Positions 1 through 9,098 of a stretch of DNA of 64,000 nt are shown piece after piece. Source of the DNA: Porphyridium purpureum (Eukaryota); contig VRMN01000002.1 in the NCBI GenBank assembly GCA_008690995.1, forward strand, positions 434,001 through 498,000. The letters are read 5' to 3'. Each line of letters opens with the position of its first letter. Positions within the stretch are counted from its first letter, which is position 1. The notes below the pieces were generated by a model. It saw only the letters and a program-made list of their open reading frames with translations. It had not been told where the DNA came from and ran no database searches. The position numbers were made by a program, and so were the translations under genes.

Positions 1-945
1 AGCGCACGGGATGTGCATTCAATGAGCGTGAGCATGGCGTGGGCCTTGGCACTTGGTGCTCGGGACGAAGTGATGCTACTTGTCTTTGTAGAGGATGGCA
101 CTGTGGACCCATGGCGTGTATTTGACGTTGAGCGCATGCTCGTACGTATGACCAAATTCGGGCTCGCGCCAGCAAAAGTGATGTTTGCTGGTCCGTGGCC
201 GTGTACGACCACCGTTAACGAATGCTCGGCATCAGATCCGGCCTATATGAAGTTGGCAGATGACTTCATTTCATCTTCGCCTGGCGCCGTTGTCCTCGAC
301 CCAGAACATTTAAGCGTGGTGCACTATGCGCGTTTCATCGATCGTGAGAAGGATTCGGCCATCTCAGACCACAAAACCGATCGCGACGCCTTTGCGAGTT
401 TGACACCGTATGCGCCGTTGAAAAAAGATCTGAACAAGCTCACGTCGACGTTGCATGGTGCCGTTGCTCTGGTCATGTCAAATCAGTTTGCACTGGAAGA
501 CATTCCCGTGTGGCTCGACGAGGTTGTCAAGAATGAGCACACGGTGCAGAAAGAGGAAGGTGTTGAGGAAGGCAAGCCTTTGATGGTTGTGCTGTGCTCT
601 GATCATGACAGACTGGAGCTTGCCAACGCACATTTAAAGTCCCGGGCCACAGTCGAGGTGCTTGAAACAAGCCCCCTTTCCAGCGTGCCAACAGATCCGC
701 AGGAGGCAGCGTTCTGGCTCGACTTTTACCATCTGGAGATCATGTTACGCTGTGCGAGGATCTACCTAGACCGGCACGCTACACCTGCGCTCATGTACGT
801 CATGCGGTACACGTTGGCGTGGCGCAAGTTTAATGCGCCGTCCCTGCCTCAGGACATGCGACGGCATTCGTCCAACATGAAGCAGCTCAAGGAAAAGGCG
901 GCCTCGCCCCGATTCTTCCAAGTGTTCTTCTTCAAAAGCTGGTAG
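1..945 (+). CDS. 5'-truncated hypothetical protein, weakly resembling the C-terminal part of an O-fucosyltransferase-like (GT-B) protein
   Basis: ORF is open from the window edge to a stop at 945. C-terminal 'WLDFYHLEIMLRCARIY...ALMYV..TLAWR' loosely recalls O-FucT C-termini. Family call is weak. Confidence 0.35.
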   Translation, partial: SARDVHSMSVSMAWALALGARDEVMLLVFVEDGTVDPWRVFDVERMLVRMTKFGLAPAKVMFAGPWPCTTTVNECSASDPAYMKLADDFISSSPGAVVLDPEHLSVVHYARFIDREKDSAISDHKTDRDAFASLTPYAPLKKDLNKLTSTLHGAVALVMSNQFALEDIPVWLDEVVKNEHTVQKEEGVEEGKPLMVVLCSDHDRLELANAHLKSRATVEVLETSPLSSVPTDPQEAAFWLDFYHLEIMLRCARIYLDRHATPALMYVMRYTLAWRKFNAPSLPQDMRRHSSNMKQLKEKAASPRFFQVFFFKSW

Positions 946-1934
946 AAAGCGAGGGCCAAATGCATTGGCTCGCATGCGCTCGCTGGACTTGGACCAGCGA
1001 TGCATGCTGCTATTGAACACATCTCGGGCGGAGCGACGCGTGGCGACGTTGGAACGAGGCGCGGCGAAGAATGGCACGGTTTCAAGGAAGAAAGGAAGCG
1101 ATTGGGTGCGGGATGCGGGCTCTGGTGGATGAAACGGTGCCAGCTGCAGAAACCATGCGCATGTAAAACCAGCCCGAACGTGATGGTGCGTGGCGCCGCC
1201 GGGTCGTGGTACGCCAGCGCGGTTTGTGGGACAATTCAGCGCCCGAGCTCGTTGTGACTTTTCGACAGAGCTGCAGACGTTTCCGTGATGAACGAGCGAT
1301 CTTCGAAGCAGATGACGCGTCCGCACATATCATGCGTGTGGGATGGTGCTGCGTTCATGTGAGTTGACCGCCATCTCGCCCACGCCATCTGCACGGTCAC
1401 ACAAGCCCAACCCACCCATCCAGAGAAAGCAGATGAACGGAACGGACTCCGGACCGGGAGGAAAACCCATTGACTCAAATGAGCAACTGTACACATCGCA
1501 GTACCTCGACCCTTCTGTAAGGCTTTGACTAGCGCTTTAAGATTTTGATTATTTTTTGGTCTTTTTTACAGTGTTAAAAAAAGAGTGTGTGGGAAAGTGT
1601 GCTGATTTTGATATGAGTTTGATCCCGGAGTTGTTTCTTTTTGGGTGGGCAGCGCGCTAACGGGTGAGGAAAAAGACGGAGACAGAATCGAGGTGGGCCA
1701 TAAGAGAATTAAAAGGCGGAGCGGGAAAAGGGACGTGGCAACAACGCTTGACGCGAGGAGGCGGGCAGAGATCTGTGTGTCCGTCGTGCTGCTGCGCTAC
1801 GCTGTTACGGCAAGGATTGGAGGGCTTTTGTCGCCAGGTTGTTTGATTCTTGCCCGGGGGAGATTTGTCCGGTCAAGGGGTTGTTGTGAGCTTGCGCGTG
1901 CCTACGCCCGGTTGCTGGCTCCTCCGTTGCCACA

Positions 1935-3392
1935 ATGGGGAAGCAGGTGTTTGACAAGAGCCGCCTGGATGGAGACAACGTGTTTGAAAAGTATGAGCCG
2001 TCCGCGAAGCTCGGACAGGGTTCGTTTGGCACGGTGTTGCTTGTCAAGCAGCGTAGCAACCCGTCGGTGCAACTGGCGTGCAAGACGCTGTCAAAGGCCA
2101 AGATGACAAATGAGACGCACTTGGAGGACGTGCGGACAGAGGTAGAGGTCATGCGCCGCCTGCAGGATAACGAGAACGTCGTGCGGCTGTTTGAGGTGTA
2201 CGAAGATCAGGACTCGGTGCACCTGGTGATGGAACTGTGCTCTGGCGGTGAGCTGTTCGATCGTATCATTGAGAAGGGCCACTACTCGGAGGCGGACGCG
2301 TCCGAGCTCATTCGCATCATGCTCAAGGTCGTGGCGGCATGCCATGCCAAAGGGGTCGTGCATCGTGATCTCAAGCCGGAAAACTTTCTTCTGGACGGGC
2401 CGGATGAGCACGCAAAGCTCAAGGCGACCGACTTTGGCCTTTCGGCACTTGCCACACCGGGTGTTTTGCTAAAGGATCAGGTTGGCACGCCCGTGTACGT
2501 GGCGCCTGAGGTTTTAAGAGGCCATTACAATCACAAGTCTGACATGTGGTCGCTGGGCGTGATTCTGTACATCCTTCTGTGCGGCAGGCCGCCATTCTAT
2601 GGCAGGACAGCCAACGACGAGTTGCGCATGACACTGATAGGCAAGTATGATATGACCAAGGACCCGTGGCCTACAATCAGTGATAGTGCAAAGGAAGTCG
2701 TGCGCCTCTTGATGCGCATGGACTACAACGAACGCCCGGAAGCTGCAGAGCTCCTGACTCACCCGTGGGTCAAGAAATATGGCGTGGCGTCTACGCAGCC
2801 GCTTGTAGCGTCAGTGCGTGAGAGTATGAAGAAGTTTGCCACCATGAGCAAACTGAAAAAGCGGGCGTTGCAATTTATGGCGTCCAATCTGACCGAGGAC
2901 GAGGTGAAGAAAATGCGCCACCTCTTTGAAAAGATTGATACGGACCACAGCGGCAACATTAGCGTGGGGGAGTTTGAGACTGCTATGCGCGCGACGGGTA
3001 ATCAGTTCTCGGACGAGGATATTGTGAATATGGTCAAGGCGTACGACGTGGACGAGAGCGGCGAAATCGATTACAGCGAATTCGTGACGGCAATGACAAA
3101 TATAAACAAGCTGCGGACGGCAGACAACATGGTGAAAGCATTCAAGAAGTTTGACACGGACAATGATGGCACCATCACCGTCACTGAGGTCATGAAGGCA
3201 CTGGAAGATATTCCGAGCGTGGACGAGGAGTACGCGAAGCGCATGATTGCGGAAGCTGACACGAATGGCGACGGGAAGCTGGACCTCGAAGAGTTTATGG
3301 CCATGATGGTTGAGAACGACGAGGACCTCAGCCATGCCGTGGAGAAAGGCCGCGGCCGCCTTAACACAGCAGACCTGCAGCAGTACATGTGA
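1935..3392 (+). CDS. CDPK: Calcium-dependent protein kinase (kinase domain, junction, 4 EF-hands)
   Basis: GQGSFG, ACK, HRDLKPEN, DFG and APE motifs; junction 'MKKFATMSKLKKRALQ'; EF-hand loops DTDHSGNISVGE, DVDESGEIDYSE, DTDNDGTITVTE, DTNGDGKLDLEE. Intronless. Confidence 0.96.
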   Translation: MGKQVFDKSRLDGDNVFEKYEPSAKLGQGSFGTVLLVKQRSNPSVQLACKTLSKAKMTNETHLEDVRTEVEVMRRLQDNENVVRLFEVYEDQDSVHLVMELCSGGELFDRIIEKGHYSEADASELIRIMLKVVAACHAKGVVHRDLKPENFLLDGPDEHAKLKATDFGLSALATPGVLLKDQVGTPVYVAPEVLRGHYNHKSDMWSLGVILYILLCGRPPFYGRTANDELRMTLIGKYDMTKDPWPTISDSAKEVVRLLMRMDYNERPEAAELLTHPWVKKYGVASTQPLVASVRESMKKFATMSKLKKRALQFMASNLTEDEVKKMRHLFEKIDTDHSGNISVGEFETAMRATGNQFSDEDIVNMVKAYDVDESGEIDYSEFVTAMTNINKLRTADNMVKAFKKFDTDNDGTITVTEVMKALEDIPSVDEEYAKRMIAEADTNGDGKLDLEEFMAMMVENDEDLSHAVEKGRGRLNTADLQQYM

Positions 3393-3857
3393 GTGGGGGG
3401 AAAAAAAATCTGATCGCATAAGTTTCGTTCGCAGGTGAGTACAAGAGATATCATGGCCGTGAAGGACTAGTGGAAACAAAAGTGGAACGCGTGAAACTAA
3501 AATTTTGCTCTACGCTGCAGTACTTGGTCATCGTTCTTGCAATCACGTCGGGCATTTCTTCGATGAACCACCGTCGCCATGCCCATCTTTCGTCGCATCC
3601 CACACAGTATCGGGTTCACCTCTGAGCACCGCGCCCCACTGCAGAAGGGTCACGCGCATGTTCTACCAAAACGACCCCTTTTCCTCAATTTTGCGTGTGA
3701 TTTTAGCGGTTACGTGGTGGTGGTGGCTGCTGCTGTGTCGGAGGAAGCTTTGGCAATTGTGTGGCAAAGGAGGCTGTGCGCGCGGACGCCAAGGACGGTC
3801 TGACACGGCGTGGAGCGGCATTCTTGTTCTGGTCTGACCCGTACAAGGTAAGCGCGC

Positions 3858-5648
3858 ATGCGCCGCATGCAAGCCGGCCGAATGACGACGCGTTCGACCG
3901 ACACGAGGACAAATACGGGCCGCTCGTTCTCAACAAAGGAGCTCATCTCGTGGAGCACGTCGCGACCCAAAAGTCAGCTTCCGACCGGTGGCAGCGAGCA
4001 CGGCCTGCGGCACCACCCCGGAAGCGTATTTCCGCGGCCAGTCGGAACGCTTTTTGAACCTGCCGCTCAGTCAAGTTCAAACCCACACACCACAACAGAT
4101 TTGGACATGGAGGGCGGCAGCACCGACAAGAAGGACCCGGCCGAAGGCGCGGCGACAAGCGAGCACGCGCCTCGTGCAAAAGTCCCGGCGACTAGCATGC
4201 GCGTCTCGTCGGATAAAATGTTCTTTGTGGAAGAAACCGGGGTTGTGCGCAAGCTAGAAGGCACCGAGTGGGACCTGGATTTAGATAATGATTTCAAGGA
4301 CCTGCACACTGTGCGCAACCTCAAGATTGATGACGAGGAAATTCGCACGCTGACTGAGCAGGCCGATGCGCTGTGGTGCACTGATCGCTCTTCGATGGGT
4401 CCCACCACGTCACACGGCTTTGTCAAGTTCGAGGGCGGCAGCGAATTCGACAGGTCGTCACTTGACCGAACGAGGCGCAGCATCACCGGATTTCCGCCAG
4501 ACATGGGAGCCGAGGATCTTGAGTTCACTGCTCCCCGCTCGATAACTGCAAAACTTTTCCAAAGAGTGCGGCCGGCGTCGTCCCCGGCGTTTCGGCGCTC
4601 GTCGACGTCGGCGCGTGACCGACTCAGCCAGACCGGCAGAAGTTACACGAACCAGGCGCAGGATGGCGTAGAGCAGTCGCCAAAGTCAATGCCCCGTGGG
4701 ATTTCGCTTGGTGCTCGTGGTCTGTCCCAAGCCTCACGAGACACAGAACAGGGTCCGCCATCTTTCTCGTTCCCGCGCAGTGGGACAGGCGAAGGGACCG
4801 ACAGCCCTGTGACCCGCTCGCACACGTCCGGGAAGAGCATGGTCGGACGGCGGCAGCACAGCATGAATGCCTTGAGCGGGAAACGCGCTCCACGGTACCG
4901 TGAGGTGGTTGCGTTTCGTGTGACCAAGGTGGACGTACCAAACATTGTGTTTACCGAATACAAGCCAGATAATTGGTCATTAGAGTTGTTTGCGCTGTAC
5001 AACAATGTGATCCGCCGAGATATGGTTGACCTGTTCAAGATTCTCCAGCAGATGGAAATATACGCGCACGTGATGGGCGCGGAAGAATTCATCCAGTTTT
5101 TCGAGTGGTGGGGCGGATTTGCGACACTCACTCGCGAAGTGTTTGATGTTTGGGACGCGGTCGTGTATCCGTGGCTCGAAAGTGTGTTCCCGCTCGAAGG
5201 CGCTCTAAATAAGGAGTCGCGCTCGAGCATGCAGATGCTCATTTTGCAGGTGATGTTGAAGATCGACATGCTGCAGGACGACATGGTGGTGGAAAAAAAG
5301 ACCGACGCCTTTCTGCGGCTGGTTAACTTGTGCGAAAAGCTGTGCGTTGCACTGATGCGGTACATGTCCACGCTCGAGACGGAGATTCCGGAGAAGCTGA
5401 GCATGTTTTACACGCTGGAGGGCAAGGAAGAAATTGACTTGCGCATGCGTGACCACGCGTGGCGGCGCAAGTACGCAAGCACCTTTTTTGGCGCCGTGCA
5501 TCGCTGGGTACAGAACCTGGCCACGTACGAAACGTGGCTCGCGCTCAACGCCAGGGGCGCGCGCAAAATCTTATTAAGCCGCTGGATACGGCAATATGAA
5601 AAGACGCACGTGCGCAATGCCAAACGGCTCATGGAATTTCACATATGA
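3858..5648 (+). CDS. Protein with a disordered N-terminus and a C-terminal degenerate hemerythrin-like domain (paralog of 24624-27908)
   Basis: 596-aa ORF. 'WSLELFALYNNVIRRDMVDL...FFEWW...VVYPWL' aligns by eye with the C-terminal domain of the 24624 ORF. Start uncertain (3858 or 4107). Confidence 0.7.
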   Translation: MRRMQAGRMTTRSTDTRTNTGRSFSTKELISWSTSRPKSQLPTGGSEHGLRHHPGSVFPRPVGTLFEPAAQSSSNPHTTTDLDMEGGSTDKKDPAEGAATSEHAPRAKVPATSMRVSSDKMFFVEETGVVRKLEGTEWDLDLDNDFKDLHTVRNLKIDDEEIRTLTEQADALWCTDRSSMGPTTSHGFVKFEGGSEFDRSSLDRTRRSITGFPPDMGAEDLEFTAPRSITAKLFQRVRPASSPAFRRSSTSARDRLSQTGRSYTNQAQDGVEQSPKSMPRGISLGARGLSQASRDTEQGPPSFSFPRSGTGEGTDSPVTRSHTSGKSMVGRRQHSMNALSGKRAPRYREVVAFRVTKVDVPNIVFTEYKPDNWSLELFALYNNVIRRDMVDLFKILQQMEIYAHVMGAEEFIQFFEWWGGFATLTREVFDVWDAVVYPWLESVFPLEGALNKESRSSMQMLILQVMLKIDMLQDDMVVEKKTDAFLRLVNLCEKLCVALMRYMSTLETEIPEKLSMFYTLEGKEEIDLRMRDHAWRRKYASTFFGAVHRWVQNLATYETWLALNARGARKILLSRWIRQYEKTHVRNAKRLMEFHI

Positions 5649-6026
5649 ACTGTAAGTGAAGACTAATTCTCGAAAGTATATTTCACCATGTGCTCTGGGC
5701 GCTTGCACGTGGGATCCGAGAAACACAACCACTACTTCAATCGCCTTGTCGCCGAACACGCGTGAGAAATGCATCGTGCACGATCACCAGCGACATGTTT
5801 GCCGTCTGCCTCGCTCATAACACTGCTTCGCCCTAACGCCGATAGTGCATGCCTCCCTTTCACGAGTTTCAGGAACAAATGCTCGGAACCTCGTGATGCG
5901 CGCGCACAAATTCACTGACCGAACACGCGTCGGGACTGTACCTCTTGCAGACCTTGCACGTTTCTCACAAAACCTGCATTTACAGAGTTCATAATGTCTA
6001 ATTTTCCCTCCTCCAAATGACATTTT

Positions 6027-6245
6027 GAGCTATTGGTGTAGTGGTTCTAATGCTGTGCGCTTCCGTTGCGCGCAGCGAATTGCGGATCACGTCAGACTTT
6101 TTCCGAGGGGTTGCGATATCGAGCCACCCCTATGGTGCTGAATCGTTTACGATTTGAGTCTTGTGACGGGCAGTTCAGTTTGTAAGTGCTTTACAACTGG
6201 TCTGTAGACATCTGAAGATCAGGGGTTCAAATCCCCTATAGCTCA
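6027..6245 (+). tRNA. trnQ-UUG: Multi-intron tRNA, best model tRNA-Gln(UUG); introns 6047-6085, 6100-6163, 6167-6209
   Basis: Acceptor stem GAGCTAT/ATAGCTC plus A73; D-arm GTGTAGTGGTT|ATCAC; anticodon stem TCAGA/TCTGA; T-arm AGGGG-TTCAAAT-CCCCT. BHB-guided intron removal gives loop CT-TTG-AA. TTTT at 6255-6258. The tRNA body is clear; the isotype depends on the intron model. Confidence 0.8.
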
Positions 6246-6494
6246 AAGATTTCCTTTTGACTGGGACGGGAGTGAAAAAGTAGACGGGGGAAGATGGAGC
6301 TGCGACTGGAGAGAAGTTTGAATCTTCTTTTTTGGTGCCCAAGATCTACGGCGGCAGTGGTCGGCAGCTTCATGCGTAGAGCTCATGCCCGTGATTCTGA
6401 TTTTACATATCTGATTCTTTCCTTGCTTTTCGTCCTGTTCGGGCATCGGACGGCACTGCAGAAAAGAGTATTGGCTGGACATGACCGAGAGGAC

Positions 6495-7202
6495 ATGGGC
6501 CATGGCACGGTGCAGCGTGGTGTGATGATTGTGCTGGATGCGTGCCGAGCAGACGCGGTGTTGGAGTCGGCAAAGAACGAGTTTCCTGCGCTGCGCGAGC
6601 TGGCCGCGCGCGGGAGTTGCGGCACAGTCGTGCTGGATGATGACGCGCGACATGCGCACCACGTCATCATGCGCGCGTGCGCCGACCGCGACACGCCAGC
6701 TCTGCAGTTTGTCGACTCAGTCGCTTCGTTTGAGCTCGCGCGCGCGCGGATCGATGCTCTTGAGCCTAACCATTTTCTGGTCCTGTCTTTGCAACACTTC
6801 AACGAACACGCTAGTGATGGCCTCGTGCTGGCGGACGAGCTCGTGAATCATGTGCTACCCTTATGCGCGTCTTCTGGTGATATGCTTTGCTGCTTTATTC
6901 TGCGCGATGCGAGTGCGGACGTGCCCGCGTGCCTGCTTGATCGCATGCGTCCGCCGGAGCCATTCAGTGCGATCTACCAGAGCTGGATGTACAACGGTAC
7001 GGAGCGCGTGCCTGAGACCCAACGCAGTGGCTTTGCGCGCGGCACCGTGACATGGTGTCACGCATACGCGCGCGTGGATAGGGCGTCCGATCTCACGCTG
7101 GCGCATGCTGCGAAGTACGGAGCACTTGGCGGCATCGCCCTCCAAGACGCCTTGTCTGAGGCGCTCTTTCTCACTGGGCTGACGCCCAAGTACGGTGCCT
7201 GA
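6495..7202 (+). CDS. Conserved uncharacterised protein, probably a degenerate member of the metalloenzyme (iPGM/alkaline phosphatase-like) fold
   Basis: N-terminal 'GVMIVLDAC' and C-terminal 'RVDRASDLT...KYGALGGIALQDALSEALFLTGLTPKYGA' resemble the ends of archaeal-type iPGM-like proteins and a plant family ending in PKYGA. An upstream in-frame ATG exists at 6294. Confidence 0.55.
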   Translation: MGHGTVQRGVMIVLDACRADAVLESAKNEFPALRELAARGSCGTVVLDDDARHAHHVIMRACADRDTPALQFVDSVASFELARARIDALEPNHFLVLSLQHFNEHASDGLVLADELVNHVLPLCASSGDMLCCFILRDASADVPACLLDRMRPPEPFSAIYQSWMYNGTERVPETQRSGFARGTVTWCHAYARVDRASDLTLAHAAKYGALGGIALQDALSEALFLTGLTPKYGA

Positions 7203-7672
7203 TGCCGTAGGCGTCTACCAGCTGTACCACGGCAAGTGACCATCTTTTACAGATTCCTGTTTTCGCTTTCCATGTCGTGTGCTCCAGTGCTTGCAGAGCA
7301 GAACTTGATTATCGACAAACAAAGCACGGCGTCCTTTGCACACGTTCTCAGAGACCGGGTGTCCGCCGCAGACACGTGAGCATGAGCATGCAGGTGTTCA
7401 TGGGAGGCTGGCCAGCGCACGGCGCGGCCAAACCAGATCAGCTTGCGTGCGAGCATTGGGAGACCATCTGACACTGCGCAGATCGTCACTTATCCCGCAG
7501 CTCGTCGTGTTGCTAGTTGACGTGGTCATTGATTATCAGCCAATACAAACAACACATGCAGAAATCTCGAGTCCAGACCAAGTTTCGGAAGAAAGACATA
7601 TCGACCTTGAGGCCACAACCACAGGTTGAACCCAGGCAAGACCTCCTAGTCCAGTCCTTTTCCCCTACAGTT

Positions 7673-8545
7673 TTACCCTGCGGATGCGTCCTTATCGTGA
7701 TCCGCCGTTACATGCTCACTGGAAACCTGCTTCTGAATGTCTCCGAGCTGTTTTTTGGAAGCCGCCGCAGCGCGCAGCAGCTCAAAGTGCAGTACGCTCT
7801 CTTCTCTTTCGATTCGCTGCATCAGCTGCTGCAAGCGCTCTTGAATGACGTCCGGATCGGTGCTGTCACTCGTATGGACAAACGTCCTCTCTTCCCTCCT
7901 CATCCCCGTACCATACTTCATGCCGTCATATCCGCCTGGTGCTCCAGAGCTGGAGTCGTCGTCCTCGTTGGTGTCGCTCCAATAGACATACTCCGTGCTT
8001 TCCTGACCGGTACCCGGGCCAGGCTTGGCCGGGTCGTACATTTCATTCTCACCCTGCGCACTCGTTTCGTCTCCCGCTATGTCATCTCCGCTCTCCGTCC
8101 ACCACGATTCCGCATACGGGTCCTCTTCCTCCTCCTCCTCCTCATCCTCCTCATCCTCATCGCTAAAAAAGTCGTCGTGACGACTCCTATCTTTGGAACC
8201 TGCCGGTGCTGAGTCCACTGTACGATCAAATTCAGCCACCCGATTGTCCACGGGTGCTTTAGATGTCCTTGCATCCTGATAATCTACCACTTGCTCACTT
8301 TCATGTGCCTCAAACTCGTCCTTCCCGGCACTCCAAACTGGCGCTCTGCGTCGTCGTCCCGGCAGGACCCACGCCCGCGACGTGCCCAGATGCATGAACG
8401 GAGCTCGCCAACACCGCACGCTGCAACGACACGCATCCGCGCTCCGCGGACCGCCATCCAGCGCTCGGGCGCGCGCACTCCACGCACCCACAAACACCGC
8501 GTGCATTCTCTCCCAACCCAACCCCACACCAACCCCCACCGCCAT
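7673..8545 (-). CDS. Hypothetical acidic protein, probably plastid-targeted
   Basis: 290-aa ORF with an Arg/Ala/Ser-rich transit-like N-terminus, a D/E tract and a short coiled coil. The 3' end may be spliced. Confidence 0.55.
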   Translation of the reverse strand: MAVGVGVGLGWERMHAVFVGAWSARARALDGGPRSADACRCSVRCWRAPFMHLGTSRAWVLPGRRRRAPVWSAGKDEFEAHESEQVVDYQDARTSKAPVDNRVAEFDRTVDSAPAGSKDRSRHDDFFSDEDEEDEEEEEEEDPYAESWWTESGDDIAGDETSAQGENEMYDPAKPGPGTGQESTEYVYWSDTNEDDDSSSGAPGGYDGMKYGTGMRREERTFVHTSDSTDPDVIQERLQQLMQRIEREESVLHFELLRAAAASKKQLGDIQKQVSSEHVTADHDKDASAG

Positions 8546-9098
8546 CCATGTCGCCCATCACTACCTTTTTCACGCAACCACGCACACACAAAGTACAGCG
8601 CATCACGCCTCTAAGCTGTACACCCACAGACCCACGCTGTACCTCGTCAACAGCAGGTACAGTTCCACATGTCGCCGTCGTCTGCGCGGTGCTCGCGCCG
8701 TTTCTGATCGCACGCGCCCGTTTTCCGCATTTTTGTGCTGTTGTGCGTTTGTGGTTGGGAGGTTCGGAGGTTGAGAGGTGTACACCCGCATGCGCGGCGT
8801 CCCGCGTGTGTCCACTCTAAAACACACCTCTTTTCATGGACAACCGCAAAATGGTTACACGGTTAATTGGTAAAATGGCTAAATGGCTCGCGGCGCAAAA
8901 CCGGGCTCGGAGGAAAAATGGCGTGTGGGTGGACGGACGTGGACGGACGAGGACAGACGAGGGCAGAAGAAGTGTGCGTGAGGGAGGAGGGAGGGTGGGA
9001 GGTGGGAGTGGGCGGTAAGGGTGTGTGGGAGTGTGGGTGGGTGGAGGGGTTGACGTGCGCCGTGGGTGGAGTGGAAGGGGGAGGTGGGAGGCGCGGCG

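Noticed and set aside
6097..6210. Single canonical intron giving tRNA-Lys(UUU), or Phe/His/Val readings
   Set aside because: A single intron leaves U37 instead of a purine; the other readings lack matching bulge-helix-bulge junctions. They are disfavoured, not experimentally excluded.
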